From NCBI GenBank assembly GCA_963764715.1, contig CAVXTP010000022.1:64001-128000 (forward strand): a DNA stretch of 64,000 nucleotides. Reading direction: 5' to 3'. The notes under the pieces are model-generated. The model worked only from the letters and a program-made list of their open reading frames with translations, was not told where the DNA came from and made no database searches. This DNA is from an uncultured Acidobacteriota bacterium (GTDB lineage Bacteria; Acidobacteriota; Thermoanaerobaculia; UBA5066; Gp7-AA6). Position numbers and translations under genes: made by a program. Shown here piece by piece: positions 63,609-64,000 of the stretch (its first letter is position 1; each line of letters begins with the position of its first letter).

Positions 63609-64000
63609 TCAGTACTCATCTTCGATGCCATCCTTGGTAGTGGGAATGGGACTGGTCTTGGTAAAGGGAAAGGCTTTGGAAAGGGGACAGGACGAGGAAT
63701 CGGAAAGGGTATCGGGTGAGGCCTCCCCTCCCGCCTCAAGTCTCGTAAGAGTCCCAAGGCGCGAGTGCCAGCACTGCTCAGGCAGAGATCTCGACTTCCT
63801 GTCGGATTTCACGATCTCGACGTGGGCTAGGAATAGCTTGCGTTGGAACAGTTTCGACGGGACAAGCTTCTCTCCCTTTTTTGGCAGCCGGCCGAGGGCC
63901 ACGGCAGCGTCTCGAAACAAATGGCTACGACCGCCCTTCGGTTTCCACCGGGTGCACTCCGTGTTTGGAATTGGCCGGCCGCAGGCGCAGATCACGGGGT
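63609..64000 (-). CDS. Hypothetical mobile-element protein (probably 5'-truncated by the window edge)
   Basis: Basic ORF reaching the window edge, same strand as the rest of the element. Confidence 0.5.
   Translation of the reverse strand, partial: PVICACGRPIPNTECTRWKPKGGRSHLFRDAAVALGRLPKKGEKLVPSKLFQRKLFLAHVEIVKSDRKSRSLPEQCWHSRLGTLTRLEAGGEASPDTLSDSSSCPLSKAFPFTKTSPIPTTKDGIEDEY
63636..63725. repeat. Periodic GG-N4 hexamer tract (15 units)
   Basis: GGTAGT GGGAAT GGGACT GGTCTT GGTAAA GGGAAA GGCTTT GGAAAG GGGACA GGACGA GGAATC GGAAAG GGTATC GGGTGA GGCCTC. Confidence 0.8.

Larger units (their letters stand above)
58720..64000 (-). mobile_element. Integrative element / phage-satellite-like island (continues beyond window; left boundary approximate)
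   Basis: Abrupt drop in GC and loss of host codon bias next to the tRNA; integrase, RHH, HTH_17-like genes and defence-like cargo, all on the minus strand. Confidence 0.85.

Overview
Very GC-rich bacterial chromosome segment. An Acidobacterial-type VWA protein and the general gene content suggest Acidobacteriota, which is an inference. Positions 1-58.7 kb are mostly housekeeping: tRNA-Phe, def, an isolated nuoB-nuoCD-nuoI module, korAB, S9 peptidase, ClC, folE, dnaB-alr-mlaEFD-radA, purC, pepA, recN-thiF-tsaC, hisS-aspS-aroB, HD-GYP, ftsY-ribD-ribE-hemW, H+-PPase, a TPR-TonB-ExbB-ExbD-ExbD operon, nnr-tsaE, asparaginase II, ubiD-like and tRNA-Leu(CAA). Four conserved genes (dnaB, alr, ribE, hppA) each carry a single extra base, most likely sequence errors. 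From about 58.72 kb to the end there is a visibly lower-GC integrative element lying on the 5' side of tRNA-Leu. It carries a tyrosine integrase, an RHH protein, excisionase-like HTH proteins, a GG-N4 periodic tract, and a single-gene GHKL-ATPase/PD-(D/E)xK nuclease fusion that is the best candidate for an uncharacterised anti-phage system. Other notable signals are a cysteine-motif-less radical-SAM-like protein fused to a PolX-type HhH domain, a catalytically dead sigma54-activator homologue, a long MlaD with a C-terminal beta-rich domain, DnaA-box-like repeats before dnaB, and a -10-like hexamer 6-11 nt before many SD-less start codons (apparent leaderless expression). All assignments come from reading motifs by eye; no database searches were run.
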